A DNA stretch of 64,000 nt from Octopus sinensis (Eukaryota). A program made the translations under genes and the position numbers. Location of the stretch: positions 115,506,001 to 115,570,000 of the forward strand of contig NC_042997.1 of assembly GCF_006345805.1 (NCBI RefSeq), read 5' to 3'. The notes beneath the pieces were generated by a model that worked only from the letters and a program-made list of their open reading frames with translations, did no database searches and was not told the DNA's origin. Shown piece by piece: positions 50,991 through 63,923 of the stretch (the stretch's first letter is position 1; the number at the start of each line of letters is the position of its first letter).

Positions 50991-52282
50991 CGAGGGGCGT
51001 TCAATAAGTAATGCCCCGACCCACTTCCCATAGCAGTAGAGCAACGAAACTTGGCACAGTTATTAGTCTTTTTCTACATAGAAACCACCCAGAGTTACGC
51101 ATTTCTCCCATCGTTTGATGCAGTTCTGGAGACCGTTTTTGTAGAATACCCCAGCTTGGTTCTCCAACCACGACGTGACTTCAGAAATCAAGGCTGCATC
51201 ATCTGGGAAACGCTTTCCTTTCAAAAACAACTTCATGGCTGGGAAGAGGTGAAAATCAGAGGGTGCAAGGTCAAGAGAGTAGGGAGGATGGGGGAAGAAT
51301 TCATAGCTGCACGCCTGTGCTTCTGATCTGGCGACACACGAGTTGTGGACCGGAGCGTTGTCCTGCAGGAGGAGGATGCCTTTGCTAATCTTGCCCCGCC
51401 TCTTGATTTTGATAGCTTCTCTTAATTTCCTCAAAAGTGAAGCATAATAGGCTCCTGTAATTGTGGTACCCTTTGCCAGGAAATCTGTCATCACTACTCC
51501 GTCCTGGTCCCAGAAGACTGTGAGCATGACCTTGCCAGCGGAGGGCTGCACCCTTGCTTTCTTTGGAGGAGGTGAGTCACGGTGCTTCCACTGCATTGAC
51601 TGGCCTTTGTTCTCTGGATCATAGTGATGGACCCAGGTTTCATCCTGTGTAATCAGTCTTTTGAAAAATTTTGACTCATCTTCTTGGCACATCTCCAAAT
51701 TCATCCTCGAGCACTCGACGCGTTCTTGCTTCTGGAAAGGTGTGAGCAACCTGGGAATCCATCTGGCAGACACTTTTTGCATATGCAAATGGTCATGGAT
51801 GATAGTTTCCACAGACCCGGTACTAATCTTGACCTCATGGGCTATTTAGCGAATAGTTATGCGTCGATCTTCCAAAATGGCAGCATCAACTTGACGGATA
51901 GATGCCTCATCAATGGCAGAATGAGGGTGACCAGATCTGGGAGCTGTTTCCACAGAGTTCCGACCATATTTGAATTCACGATGCCAACGTTTTACAAGGT
52001 CATATGATGGGGCATCATCACCATAAGTTACTTTCATTTCATCAAAAGTCTCCCGTGGTGTACGTCCTTTCAAATACAAAAACCGGATCACTGCTCGACA
52101 CTCAACAGGCTCCATTTCACACTTGACTCAGTTCAAACACCTGTAAATTAGAAACCACAATTGGTTCAGAGCTGTAATTTGCCATTTAATCTATAGAGAT
52201 ATAAATAATTGAACATGCAAAATTTCAGCTAGATCAAACAACTGCAAGTGGGTCAGGGACATTACTTATTGAACGTCCCTCG
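50991..52282 (-). mobile_element. Complete mariner transposon with TIRs and TA target duplication
   Basis: Left end TA|cgaggggcgttcaataagtaatgcccc; right end gggacattacttattgaacgtccctcg|TA (27 bp, 2 mismatches). Confidence 0.97.
51063..52115 (-). pseudogene. Mariner DD34D transposase (350 codons) with a single in-frame stop at 51846-51848
   Basis: MEPVECRAVIRFL..; WIPRLL; TQDETW; LQDNAPVH; exactly 34 residues to the D of YSLDLAPSDF. The two track ORFs share one frame and are separated by ITIR*IAHEV. Confidence 0.93.
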
Positions 52283-52545
52283 TACTTACCACACAACTTC
52301 TCCTACGCCTATATATAAGAAATATATAAATAATATATATCATATCTACTACGTATATATATATATATATATAAACTTAAGTATATATATACCTACGCGT
52401 GCGCGCGCACACACACACAAATTCATACACACACACGTAAGAGTATAGTTCTTCAATAATCTGAAGAAAGGAAAAGTGGAATTTTATTTCATATTTAAAG
52501 GGGTCAAGAACAGGTATAAAACTTCTGGAAACCACTTTTGTGTGT

Positions 52546-52606
<61 letters not shown>

Positions 52607-52739
52607 CTGAGTATACTAATCTATTTATTTATCGTACAAAAAGATCAGTTCCTATGTGTAAACATATTCTTCAGTTTTAATGTTCATAGCTGGAAGCATA
52701 GAATGGTTAGTATTGGTTTCAGACTTTGACTCAATGTAA

Positions 52740-52917
52740 TTATGCACGGGGGAGCGACTAGGCGATTACATCTACTCCAGTGTTTCACTGCTACTTAATT
52801 TATAGACCCGGAAAGGTTGAAAGGCAAAGTTGACCCATGCGGAATTTAAACGCAGGACGTAAGGAAGGACGAAATGCCGCTTCCCGTTTTGTGTGGTCTA
52901 ATTACCAATTCTTCCAG

Positions 52918-52977
<60 letters not shown>

Positions 52978-53170
52978 TAATAACAACAACAATAATAATT
53001 ATTTCTTCTAAAGGAACAAGGCCTGAAATTTTGGGGAGGGGTATAGTCGATTGCATCTACCTCAGTACTTAACTGGTACTTAATTTATCGACCTCGAAGG
53101 GATGAAAGGCAAAGTCAAACTCGGCGGAATTTGAACTCAGAACATGGTGGCAGACGAAATACCGCTAAGC
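52740..53170 (-). mobile_element. Two S2 SINE copies (about 52740-52900 and 53000-53170) separated by (TAA)n
   Basis: Repeated gaaaggcaaagt..gcggaattt body. Confidence 0.75.
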
Positions 53171-53197
53171 CTATAGTAGAAAGAATTAATATTATTA

Positions 53198-53386
53198 TTA
53201 TCATTGCCTTTGCACAGCTTCTAACGCTGGAGATGTACTACGGTGTCAGCTGTTCACTACCAGTGAACTAAAGTAACACCTCTTATTTTTCGGGTACCTT
53301 CTGGAGTATTCGAGTGGTTCCAAGCAGTGCTGTGTTCTGCAAGTGCTCCACCCTTATTGCAGCCCCTATTTGTTCCATGTACTTCT
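53198..53386 (-). mobile_element. Short Dong/R4 3' fragment (same family as 30067)
   Basis: Aligns with 30067-30255. Confidence 0.85.
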
Positions 53387-53411
53387 GATGATGATGATGA
53401 TGATGATGATG

Positions 53412-53464
<53 letters not shown>

Positions 53465-53494
53465 TATCATCATCATAATAATAATAACAGCTTC

Positions 53495-54275
53495 CATTAA
53501 ATTAAATATCGACGCTACCATCAAAAAGCTTGACCCACAAGGAAGATAGAAATACCCGAGGATAAACGAAGGAGACGGTATACAACATGCTACTATGAAG
53601 GAAAAAATACGAAAGGAGAATTACAAAACAATACGACTCATAATAAAAACTGAACTCAACTCCAAAAATCGCATAGAAGCCATTAACATTCTGGCACTTC
53701 CAGTAGTCCAATAGTTTTAACATCATTAACTGGAATCTTACAGAGCTCTAACGCCTGGACAGGAAGACAAGAAAACTACAAACACCTAAGAACATGCACC
53801 ATCCAAAAGCAGACGTTGATCGTCTGTACTTACCTTGAAGTAATTGGGGAAGAGGAATGATGCAGGTAGAACTGTGCTATAAGACCTCCACAATAGCAAT
53901 GAAGAAGTACTTATCTAGTACTGAGGACTGGATGCTGCGGCTTGTGTGCAAACACGAAAACAGCAATAAATCACATTCTATTGTGAAGGGAGCTTGCAAA
54001 TTCGGAAGGGAACTTGGCATTAATCCTGAATTAGATGAAGAACTTGAAACCACTGTCACCAAACAAACAAAACGGATCAAATAGGCTGCAAAAAAGAACG
54101 GTCAGAAACAAATTGAGGATCGGAGGAACCAGAAGCCTCTGCATGGACAGTATATACTTCGAAGTTGAAATCCTTATGTAGACCAAGCAACAACCCATCA
54201 GTGGCTGAGAAGTTCAGGACTGAAATCAGAGACTGAAGGTTTCATGTTGGCGGCACAAAATCAAAGCTTGCTTAC
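53495..54275 (+). mobile_element. Decayed Dong/R4 post-RT fragment
   Basis: KTELNSKNRIEAINILALPVV; MHHPKADVDRLY; QWLRSSGLKSETEGFMLAAQNQSL. Confidence 0.85.
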
Positions 54276-54589
54276 TTTTAAAGGTCCCGGGCTAACGTTC
54301 TTCAAAACGGTTTTGATCCCAAACACAGATTCTGCGACACTTGAACTGGTGCGTCATTTTATCCACCCCCGAAAGGACGAAAGGCAAATTTGACCGTAGT
54401 GAGAATTGAACTCAATATGTAAAGAGTCGAAAGAAATCGAATAATAAACATTGCTTATGGTTTTATTTAAGGGATAATCTAAAGCAGCCTGTCGTTTACA
54501 CACACACACACAAATATCTGTGTGTGTGTGTATGTGTGTGTGTGTGTGTGTGTGTGAGTGTGTGTGTGTGTGAGTGTGTGTGTGTGTGA

Positions 54590-54785
54590 GTGTGTTTGTG
54601 TCTGTGTTTGTCCCCAACCACCGCTTGACAACCAATGTTGGTGTGTCTACGTACCCGCAACTTAGCGGTTCGGCAAAAAAGACAGATAGAGTAAGTACAG
54701 GGGGAGATTCGTCCGACTAAAAATTCTTCAAGGTGGGATCCCAGCATGGCGGTAGGCTAATGCCTAAAAATGTAAAAGGTAAAAG
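54590..54785 (+). mobile_element. 3' half of an S1-like SINE
   Basis: ccgcttgacaaccaatgttggtgtg..cttagcggttcggcaaaa.. Confidence 0.7.
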
Positions 54786-55189
54786 GTGTCCCTTCTACAT
54801 ACATTTCAATATCTAAAAGGAATTTTCAATGCCGTGTCTCCAGTTGTCTGCAATATCCCTGAACAACATAGCAATGTTTCACAAATCAATTATTTTCGCG
54901 ATCAGTTTTACATTTCTTTGAATCTGGATGCTATTACAGCTCCATTTCCCTATTGTCGCTTTACTACTGGTCCCTAAAATTGCTTAAAATATGAGGTTGT
55001 GTCAAGAAGTAATGCTATTTTGTTTAGGACAGGTATAATTACCAACACAGGAACATGTATCATACATCAAAATGAAGCAGGTCCTCTGTGAGGTCACATC
55101 CTTACTTCTCAACATAGTTACCGTTTCTCTCAATAGCAATGTTCTACCTTCGAATGAGAGCATGTATCCCTGCCCCGTAAAATTCTGTC

Positions 55190-55335
55190 GACTCTTCTTT
55201 GAGCCACTTGTTCACTACTTCCACACTCACCAGATTTTGTGCTTTCAGACTATCATCTCTTCGGCCCCATGAAAGAAGGTTGGAGAGGCAAACATTATTC
55301 CAGTGACGAGGAAGTGAAAACTATGTTGAGATGTG
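55190..55335 (+). mobile_element. Mariner C-terminal relic
   Basis: HSPDFVLSDYHLFGPMKEGWRGKHYSSDEEVKTML resembles YSPDLAPSDYHLF. Confidence 0.75.
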
Positions 55336-55586
55336 GAGATGTGATCCACAGAGGACCAGCTTCATTTTGATGTATGATACATGTTCTTGTGTTGGTAATT
55401 ATACCTGTCCTAGACAAAATGGCATTACTTTTTGATTCACTCTCGTAGATGACCCAGTTTTCAAATAATATCATTTTGCTCAAATTCCTTACTAAAGGCA
55501 GTCAGTTTATAGTAACTCTGTGGAAGAAAAAGTGATGGGGCTGTTCTCTATTTTTTCAGTCGACTGACTATGGATCAATTGATTAA

Positions 55587-55832
55587 ACCTTTCGTGCCGA
55601 AATTTTTTCTAGTGAATGAAATTGCTTGAAAATTCACAGATATTATTATTTTGACCTAAATAACAACTGAAAAAAAATTCATTGAAATCCATTTGATACA
55701 AACTGCATACGCGTTAAAACCATGTTTCATTCTTTGATACAGATCATACACAAATCACAATTTGTATCTAGCATTTGTTCTATACCCTTATAAATTAAAG
55801 GTCAGTTTAGACAGACGATCGGCATGAATGGG
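55587..55832. mobile_element. piggyBac-like MITE (TTAA flanks)
   Basis: TTAA|acctttcgtgccga ... tcggcatgaatggg|TTAA; imperfect 14-bp TIR. Confidence 0.5.
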
Positions 55833-56124
55833 TTAAGACGAGCAGACGTTAGTTCGTTGATTAAACTGAGAAAGTGTTACATTATGAAGGATGCACTGGT
55901 TAAATTTAGACACTTTTCCTAGTTCACGAGGGTATTTTATGATCGAAGTTTGACTTGAATTGAATTGTTAATTCACGCGCAGTTTACTTTGGATTGTTCT
56001 CACTTAGGGTTTACAGATCTTAAGTATTAAGAGAACTTAGTCGTCGAGACCAAAGGGAATTTGCAAGAGAAAAAGTCCACTTGCGAAACAGGTCAAGTTA
56101 TAGTTGACATGTCCAGACACGTAA

Positions 56125-56337
56125 CCCTTTAGCATTTAAACCGGCTATATTTGGTCCAAATATTCTACTTGTTCTTATGCTCAAAGTGGCTTGATTTGGC
56201 CACTTTCAGCGACACTCAATCTTATCCAAAAGATAAACAATCACACCCTCGAAATTTCAAAGCTATGCGATAATGCAGGATAAATTCACAACAATGTTTT
56301 ACATTACATTGGACAGAGTAATCTGAATGTTAAAGCG
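56125..56337. mobile_element. piggyBac-like MITE (TTAA flanks)
   Basis: gTAA|ccctttagcatt ... aatgttaaagcg|TTAA; the empty TTAA site is visible in the paralog at 59503-59506. Confidence 0.75.
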
Positions 56338-56597
56338 TTAAAGCCTCATTACCATATATAGCATGAATATTTCTTGAAGCATCTCTTTTTGAATACCGTG
56401 TCTGAAATGGGTTCGCTCTCACTTCATTTCAAATGATAAACTCTATACAACTTTAATCACTATGGTGTAAAGCAGAAATTTGTGAAATTTGATTTAATAC
56501 TAAATTGAATATTTCCCTGTAAGTTTGGAGTTATACTCCCTAATATTATTATTATTATTATTATTATTTTATTATTATTATTATTATTATTAATTAT

Positions 56598-56667
<70 letters not shown>

Positions 56668-56679
56668 ATATGATTTAGA

Positions 56680-56795
56680 TCGGTATCCCTTTCTGTAGAA
56701 GAGGAGGCGCTCGAAACGTAAAAGACTTTTTCAATTCCTGAGCGTTATACTAATGCATCTGTTTGTTTTGTACACCACCTGTCTTCGTCTTTTGT

Positions 56796-56800
<5 letters not shown>
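56680..56800 (+). mobile_element. Penelope-type terminal repeat relic with a degenerate hammerhead-like motif
   Basis: cttt ctgtaga a gagg aggc gctc GAAA cgt a aaag; homologous to 23686-23790. Confidence 0.45.
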
Positions 56801-56834
<34 letters not shown>

Positions 56835-56838
56835 CTCT

Positions 56839-56873
<35 letters not shown>

Positions 56874-57039
56874 TTGTTTTATATAAGACTTGTTATTTAT
56901 ATTCCTGAGCGCCATACTAATACAATTGTTCGTTTGTTTTCCACCTGCCTTCGTCTTTTGTTTATTTTCATAAAGCTTCCCGTTATATATAATATATATA
57001 TTATATATATATATATATATATATTATATAATATATATA

Positions 57040-57136
<97 letters not shown>

Positions 57137-57544
57137 GATATATGATATACATATATATTTGAGTCTATGTTTTTGTATGAAATTAAAGGTGCAAGTATCA
57201 TTCTCTCTTGATATACTGATGTTTGTTTTTTAAGTTGCTACAAATACATTTACTTGCAGTTTTTTTCTTTTTTTACCAGTTGCAATTAAATATATCGCAG
57301 AGAATGTAATATAATCTGAATAAAATGAACGAATTTAACTTCATCCATCTTCTCTCTCTAACTCCAATACAGCAAGCTAAATGAACGTGCTACGTAGACG
57401 TTAAAGCACTCGCTTTTTGCACAACTCATCAATAACGAACAGATGCATTTAGGTATGAAAGAATAAAGAATAGAAGAATGAGCAAAAGAAAAAAAAATAT
57501 ATATTTTTTAATATGTAACAGATAAGAAAAAACTATACACCTTT

Positions 57545-58185
57545 GGATGATTGCAATTTTTTTTTCTATCTGATATAGGAATGTTATATAATGAGTAGAG
57601 AAAGTGAATACACATTTATTTTTAAATATGAAGGATGGGGTAGAATTTCGTTTCCACTTATTATAGCCAAATGTTTCGAATCGTATTGAAGAAAAAATTC
57701 TCTTTATACTCCCACATTCTGTATTTAATATTTATTGTAATACACAGAGAAAGGTTCAAATCTAGTAAAAATTAGGTATCATGTAATATTGGGAAGAAAG
57801 TTCGGTCATATTTCAAGATGGGAAAGAAACAAGTGCTTCTGTTGTCTTAATCGAGACCGTTAATCAAAATAGTAACTGATAAGGGAAATAACTAAAGACT
57901 TATAGATGATTGTAATTTTTTTCTGTCTCACATAGGAATGTTATATAATGAGTAGAGAAAGTGAATGCATATTTAGTTTTGAATATGAAGGATGGGGTAT
58001 AATTTCGTATCCGCTTTGCACGAGACCTTTAGTCTCATGCAAATGTCTTGAAACGTATTCGGGAAAATGTTTCTTTTTTACCTTCTACAATCTATATTTA
58101 ATAGGTTCAAATCTAATCAAAATTAGGTATCATGTTATGTTGGAAAGAAAGTCTGGTCACATTTCAAGATGGGAAAGAAACAAAT
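57545..58185. repeat. Old diverged tandem duplication, period about 355 bp
   Basis: Shared blocks ataggaatgttatataatgagtagagaaagtgaat, aatatgaaggatggggta and atttcaagatgggaaagaaacaa. Confidence 0.85.
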
Positions 58186-58600
58186 GGTCGTAATTGATAT
58201 ATTTCATCAAAATAACATTTTCCTTTATTATTGGTAACATAATCTCATATATTTAACCAATTTTTAAGCCTTCAGATTTCGAAGTAAAAAAACCCTCCGT
58301 ATCATTTTAAAACTCTTCATACAAAACAAACGGTTTTCTCTCTAACAATGTTGGAATGATCTGCCAGGATCATAGTCAGGTGGAGTAAACTCAGGTAAGT
58401 GAAAAAGATGGGGTAAAATTTCCATATTTAGAATCATAATCTTTTCCCGAGTGACATGGTAAATATGTGGCCTTGCATTATTGTGAATTAGCAACGCCTC
58501 TTTACGACTGACCAACGATGGGTACTTTATCTGCCGATTTATGTGAAATGCTTCCATTTGACAAGATTACTTACCCTCATTAAGTGTTTCGTTTTGGCTT
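58135..58600 (-). mobile_element. Mariner C-terminal relic with probable TIR
   Basis: LVSRKEALLIHNNARPHI..MEILPHLFHLPEFTPPDY..RSFQH resembles HDNARPH..HPPYSPDLAPSDY..RSLQ. Confidence 0.7.
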
Positions 58601-58700
58601 AAGGTTTCATGATAGACAATACACTTCACATCCCCCAAACAATACAGAGCCGGACTGTTTTCGAGTGAAGTCCTAGTTTGGCGATGGATTCTCATATTTC

Positions 58701-59110
58701 TATTTCTTTACTACCCACAATGGACTAAACATAGAGAGGACAAACAAGGACAGACAAACGAATTAAGTCGATTATATCGACCGCAGTGCGTAACTGGTAC
58801 TTATTTAATCGACCCCGAAAGGATGAAAGGCAAAGTCGACCTCGGCGGAATTTGAACTCAGAACGTCAAGACAGACGAAATACCTATTTGTTTACTACCC
58901 ACAAGGAGCTAAACGCAAAGAGGACAAACAAGGACAGACAAACGGATTAAGTCGATAACATCGACCCCAGTACGTAACTGGTTCTTAATTTATCGACCCC
59001 GAAAGGATGGAAGGCAAAGTCGACCTCGGCGGAATTTGAACTCAGAACGTAACAGCAGACGAAATATCGCTAAGCATTTCGCCCGGCGTGCTAAAGTTTC
59101 TGCCAGCTCA
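58701..59110 (-). mobile_element. Dimeric S2 SINE (one head, two bodies)
   Basis: tattt(c/g)tttactaccc occurs at 58701 and 58885. Confidence 0.9.
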
Positions 59111-59694
59111 TATTTTATTGGATGCTAACCGTTGTTATTTAACGTATCATTTTTAATCACTTGCGATAATTCTCCCCTGCAAACGCTCGGTAGGAAGAGT
59201 ATTCTTTAATGATGAGCAGAAGATAATTTCTTTGATGAAGTTGAGAAGCAAGTCAGATGACGAAAGACTCAGTGTCCAAGTTTACACACTTTTCTTAGTT
59301 CGTTGAGATGTTTAATGATCGAAGTGTGACTAGAATTGAACTGTTTTGCTAATTCTCGCGCAGTTTGCTTTGGATATTTCTCAACTCTGGTTTTCAGAAG
59401 CTCAATGCTGATACAACATGGATCACAAGACCGTGGGGGAATCTACAAGAGGAAAATTTCCCGACTTAAAGATGCCAAACCATCGTTAGCATGTCTGGAC
59501 ACTTAAAGCTTCATTTCCATAGACAGAACGAATACCCCTTGCCGCATGCACTGCTGAAGAGCTCCTCGAATTCCTAACGTCGACAGCGTCTAATCTAATC
59601 ACATCTTAAAAGATTTAACCACTGTGGTATAGAGTAATCTGCAACGAAAGAAGAAACATTAGAACGTGAAAATGAACGCTTATTTTACTGTAGG

Positions 59695-60065
59695 TGTTGT
59701 AAATGTGGTTTGGGCAGCGGGCTCGCGGCCGTGGGATCACAGTTTCGATTTCCAGACCGGGCGTTGTGTATATTTATTGAGCGAAAACATCTAAAGCTAC
59801 ACGAAGCTCCAGCAAGGGTCGTGGCGAACCCTGCTGTATTCTTTCACCACAATTTTCTCTCATTCTTTTTTCCTGTTTCTGTTGTATCTCTATTTCAAAG
59901 GAGCAGCCTTGTCACACTCTGTGTCACGCTGAATCTCCCCCGAGGACTACATTAAGGCTACACGTGTCTGTGGAGTGCTCAGCCACTTGCACGTTAATTT
60001 CACGAGCAAGCTGTTCCGTTGATCAGATCAACTGGAACCCTCGTCGTCGTAGCCGACAGAGTGCC
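59695..60065 (+). mobile_element. tRNA-derived SINE sharing its 3' tail with 34855-35130
   Basis: gtttcgatttcc B-box-like; tail aatttcacgagcaagctgttccgttgatc..actggaaccctcgtcgtcg. Confidence 0.65.
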
Positions 60066-60385
60066 ACGATTGTAAATGTAGTCACAAATTAATTATGTCA
60101 AAAATACTTCAGGACATTCTCTCCAATTGAATATGTTATACCGCTTCTTTTTGCCATCATCTGTAAATGATTCGGTGTCCTTATAACCCTGGCCATTGGC
60201 ACGGCTTAGGAACAATATCTTATTTGTGAATTTACGTCAAGGTTTAAGTTTCAGATACAAACCTTTGTTGTAGAAGACAAATGAAAGAAACGAGCGAACA
60301 GCAACATGTTTGTCTTCTAGGCTGGATGAATTTTATAAGATTTGAATGGTTTTCACTGGGAAAGTTCATTTGAACCTGTGATTCC

Positions 60386-60659
60386 TTCTCGAGCCATGCC
60401 TGGCTCATAGGGCCGGTTTTCTGGTTTCCTTGGCGTATAGGTTTCCCACCGTCGCAAGTGAGCAGCAAGATGCTGTAGGAAATAGTGAGAAAAAGTTATG
60501 GTGCAAGAGTCAGCGGAAGTTCGCCATTGCCTTCTGCCGGAGCCGCATGGAGCTTAGGTGTTTCGCTCATAAGCATACGCATCGCCCGGTCTGAGATTCG
60601 AACCCACGATCCCTCGACCACGAGTCCACTGCTCTAACCACTAGGCTATGTGCCTCCAC

Positions 60660-60660
<1 letters not shown>
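60386..60660 (-). mobile_element. tRNA-derived SINE
   Basis: Minus head tgtggaggcacatagcctagtggttagagc and B box gggttcgaatct; tail related to 37142. Confidence 0.75.
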
Positions 60661-60710
<50 letters not shown>

Positions 60711-60929
60711 GATTATATCATATAATCATTTACAGTTTCTTTAATAGCTCCATATAGCTTTAAAGTTTATTCGCTCTAGAAATTATTATGAAGAGCATCA
60801 CTCCAATAACGGAGAAGATAGTGAGTTGTAGCTTTCTTACAAAGCTGCGACACACTATCTTCTTACAAGGCCCCATTTCAGCTTGTATTGATTCAATTTG
60901 AAAACCATGCGTGAAATACAAAGAAACAG

Positions 60930-61570
<641 letters not shown>

Positions 61571-61589
61571 ATTATTATTATTCAGGTTA

Positions 61590-61660
61590 TTGCCTGGAAT
61601 CGAACTCGGAATCTTGGGTGTTAGTAGCCCGCGCTCTTAACCACTACGCTTTATATCCGT
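61590..61660 (-). promoter_or_regulatory. tRNA-derived segment with Pol III A and B boxes
   Basis: aGCGTAGTGGTTAAG (A box/D arm), GGG-CTACTAA-c.CCC anticodon-like arm, and GAGTTCGATTCC (B box). Confidence 0.7.
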
Positions 61661-61687
61661 GGGCAATTATGGAGTGAAATTTAGGGC

Positions 61688-61960
61688 TTATAAATCTAAT
61701 ATTTTCCTATCCTTCCTTAATACTGGTTCCCATATGCTGCTCATATCTGCACTCGGTCTGCTTCGGAGATTGTTGTGTCCTAGCATATGTGCTGCTTCTT
61801 TTAGTTTCCGTATTTTCCAGTGGTGCTCTCTGTCTTTTATTTTAACTTCATCCCACACGGGGAGGTGGTCTCCATTGAATATAGAACTTTCCATTGGGAG
61901 ATTAACCCTTTCCTATAATAGGCAAAGTGTTAAAGGTATCGGAGACGTAACAGCATCAGT
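61688..61960 (-). mobile_element. C-terminal GIY-YIG region of a Penelope-like element
   Basis: HLPVWDEVKIKDREHHWKIRKLKEAAHM..LRSRPSADMSSIWEPVL follows the PLE pattern H..DW..VKI...E.....RK.KEA.HI....N........W..L. Confidence 0.75.
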
Positions 61961-62002
61961 GATGTGACATCATCAGAGACGTATATATTTACGTGGTGCA
62001 AA

Positions 62003-62070
62003 GGCCACGGCGACGTAAGGGCAACGGTGACACAAGGGCAACAGTGACGCAAGGGCAACGGTGACACAAA
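62003..62070. repeat. 17-bp minisatellite, four copies
   Basis: ggccacggcgacgtaag / ggcaacggtgacacaag / ggcaacagtgacgcaag / ggcaacggtgacacaaa. Confidence 0.85.
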
Positions 62071-62618
62071 GGTATCAGTGATTTAAAACCATCACGAATT
62101 CGCTTCTGTGAACTCATTCATCCATTAAGGCATCATGTCAACAATTCGTTCATTAGACAAATAAACAGTTTCTCTTTTGTGAAGCCAGTGATAGTCAAGC
62201 ATCTTGTCGAAGGACGTAATGTAGTGATAAACAACGGTGCCAGACTAGCAATAATTGTAATCTCTAATCGTTTAGATAGTACGGATAGCTTAAGTAATAG
62301 AAGATGGGGGCGCAGGGTGGGTGGGGGTGTCGACGGAAAGAAAATGGCAAGAAACTTGGAGTAATGACAGGGGTCGTAATGGTGGTGGTAGTGGTGGTGT
62401 GGTGGTGGTGGTGGTGGTGGTGGTGGTGGTGGTGGGGAGAGCAGGCGGACTAATTAGGGGGCAAAGAACCCCCAACATGGAACAAAAACAAAACTTGGAA
62501 GATTATATTCAGAAGCTACAAAGGCTGTCAACGGATCATTTAAGTAGGTGCTAGCAGAAGGATTTCGTCAAGGTGCTGAAAAGTTCGAAACACCCACCCC
62601 TCCCGCAACTACCACCAT

Positions 62619-62661
<43 letters not shown>

Positions 62662-62996
62662 GCTGCTGCTGCTACTACTGCTGCTGCTGCTGCTACTGCT
62701 GCTGTTATAACTACTATCAGTATAGCTAATACCACAACCACTTCCACTACTGCTACTGCTACTACAAAACAGCCACTACCGACTTTCCACATTATGACAC
62801 CCACCACGCGACAAGACGCCTCCATAACATCCTCTAACCCGACTACGAACACCTACACTTGAGAGTTACACACACAACACATACACACACACACACACAC
62901 ATACACACACTCAGACACATGCGCATTCACATACGGGCTCACACACACACACAGACACACACAGACACACACACATACATACACCACACCACACAC

Positions 62997-63035
<39 letters not shown>

Positions 63036-63388
63036 TATATATATCCTTTCATTTTTTATACATTTCAGCCCTAAGGCTGTGCCCATATACATACACATAC
63101 ACACACACACACACAAACATGCATATATATGTATGTACGTATATGCTTATGTAGAAGAATGTATATATATATTACATATATAAATAAATGTATAATGTGT
63201 CACAATAGAAAGATAGATTGATAATTAGATAGAAATATCTATCTGTCTATCAGTCTGTCTGTCTGTCTGTCTGTCTTCACACACATACACACACTGGCGT
63301 GCGGCGCATACATTTAGCCATACAGTTACTTTCAACCGTCAGTTAACATGTCGACCAAATTTGGACGAGAGGTAAAAAAAAAAGCTTT

Positions 63389-63431
<43 letters not shown>

Positions 63432-63923
63432 TTCTCTCCTCGTTATGCTTTCAGTATCTCCCCCCAACCACCACCACTACCACCACTACTAACACGGTAT
63501 TATCATTACTTAAGGTGTTGCCATTCTTACTGTTTCGCTTATTTATTGTTAGTGTTTGTTTATTGTTGTTATTCTCTTGAAAATTCAAGACCACCCTGCA
63601 ACAAGGGCGCCTGCCATCCTAGCTCTTATAATTTCCACCGTTGTGTTTGTTTTTTAAATAAGCCCACAGCCGCAGTTAAACCCACCACACGCCCAACACG
63701 AAATCTCTTCTTTCTGGCTTTATTTATTTATTTATTTGTTTGTTTGCTTATTTGTTTATCATTACCTCCCTTTATTTCGTTCTTTATTGTTTTGTTATCG
63801 TCTGGTCTCTCATCGATTCATTGGACTGCTTCATACATTCATAAACACTCACACACATAAATACACAAATACATCTACATAACTCCACACACACACACAT
63901 ACACACGCTCGCACACGCATATA

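Noticed and set aside
61590-61660. Functional tRNA gene
   Set aside because: The acceptor stem does not pair and the T-stem is imperfect; it is treated as a tRNA-derived promoter segment.
63348-63860. 170-aa ORF
   Set aside because: It includes (CT)n and (TTTA)n tracts, has no domain, and shows no coding-like composition.
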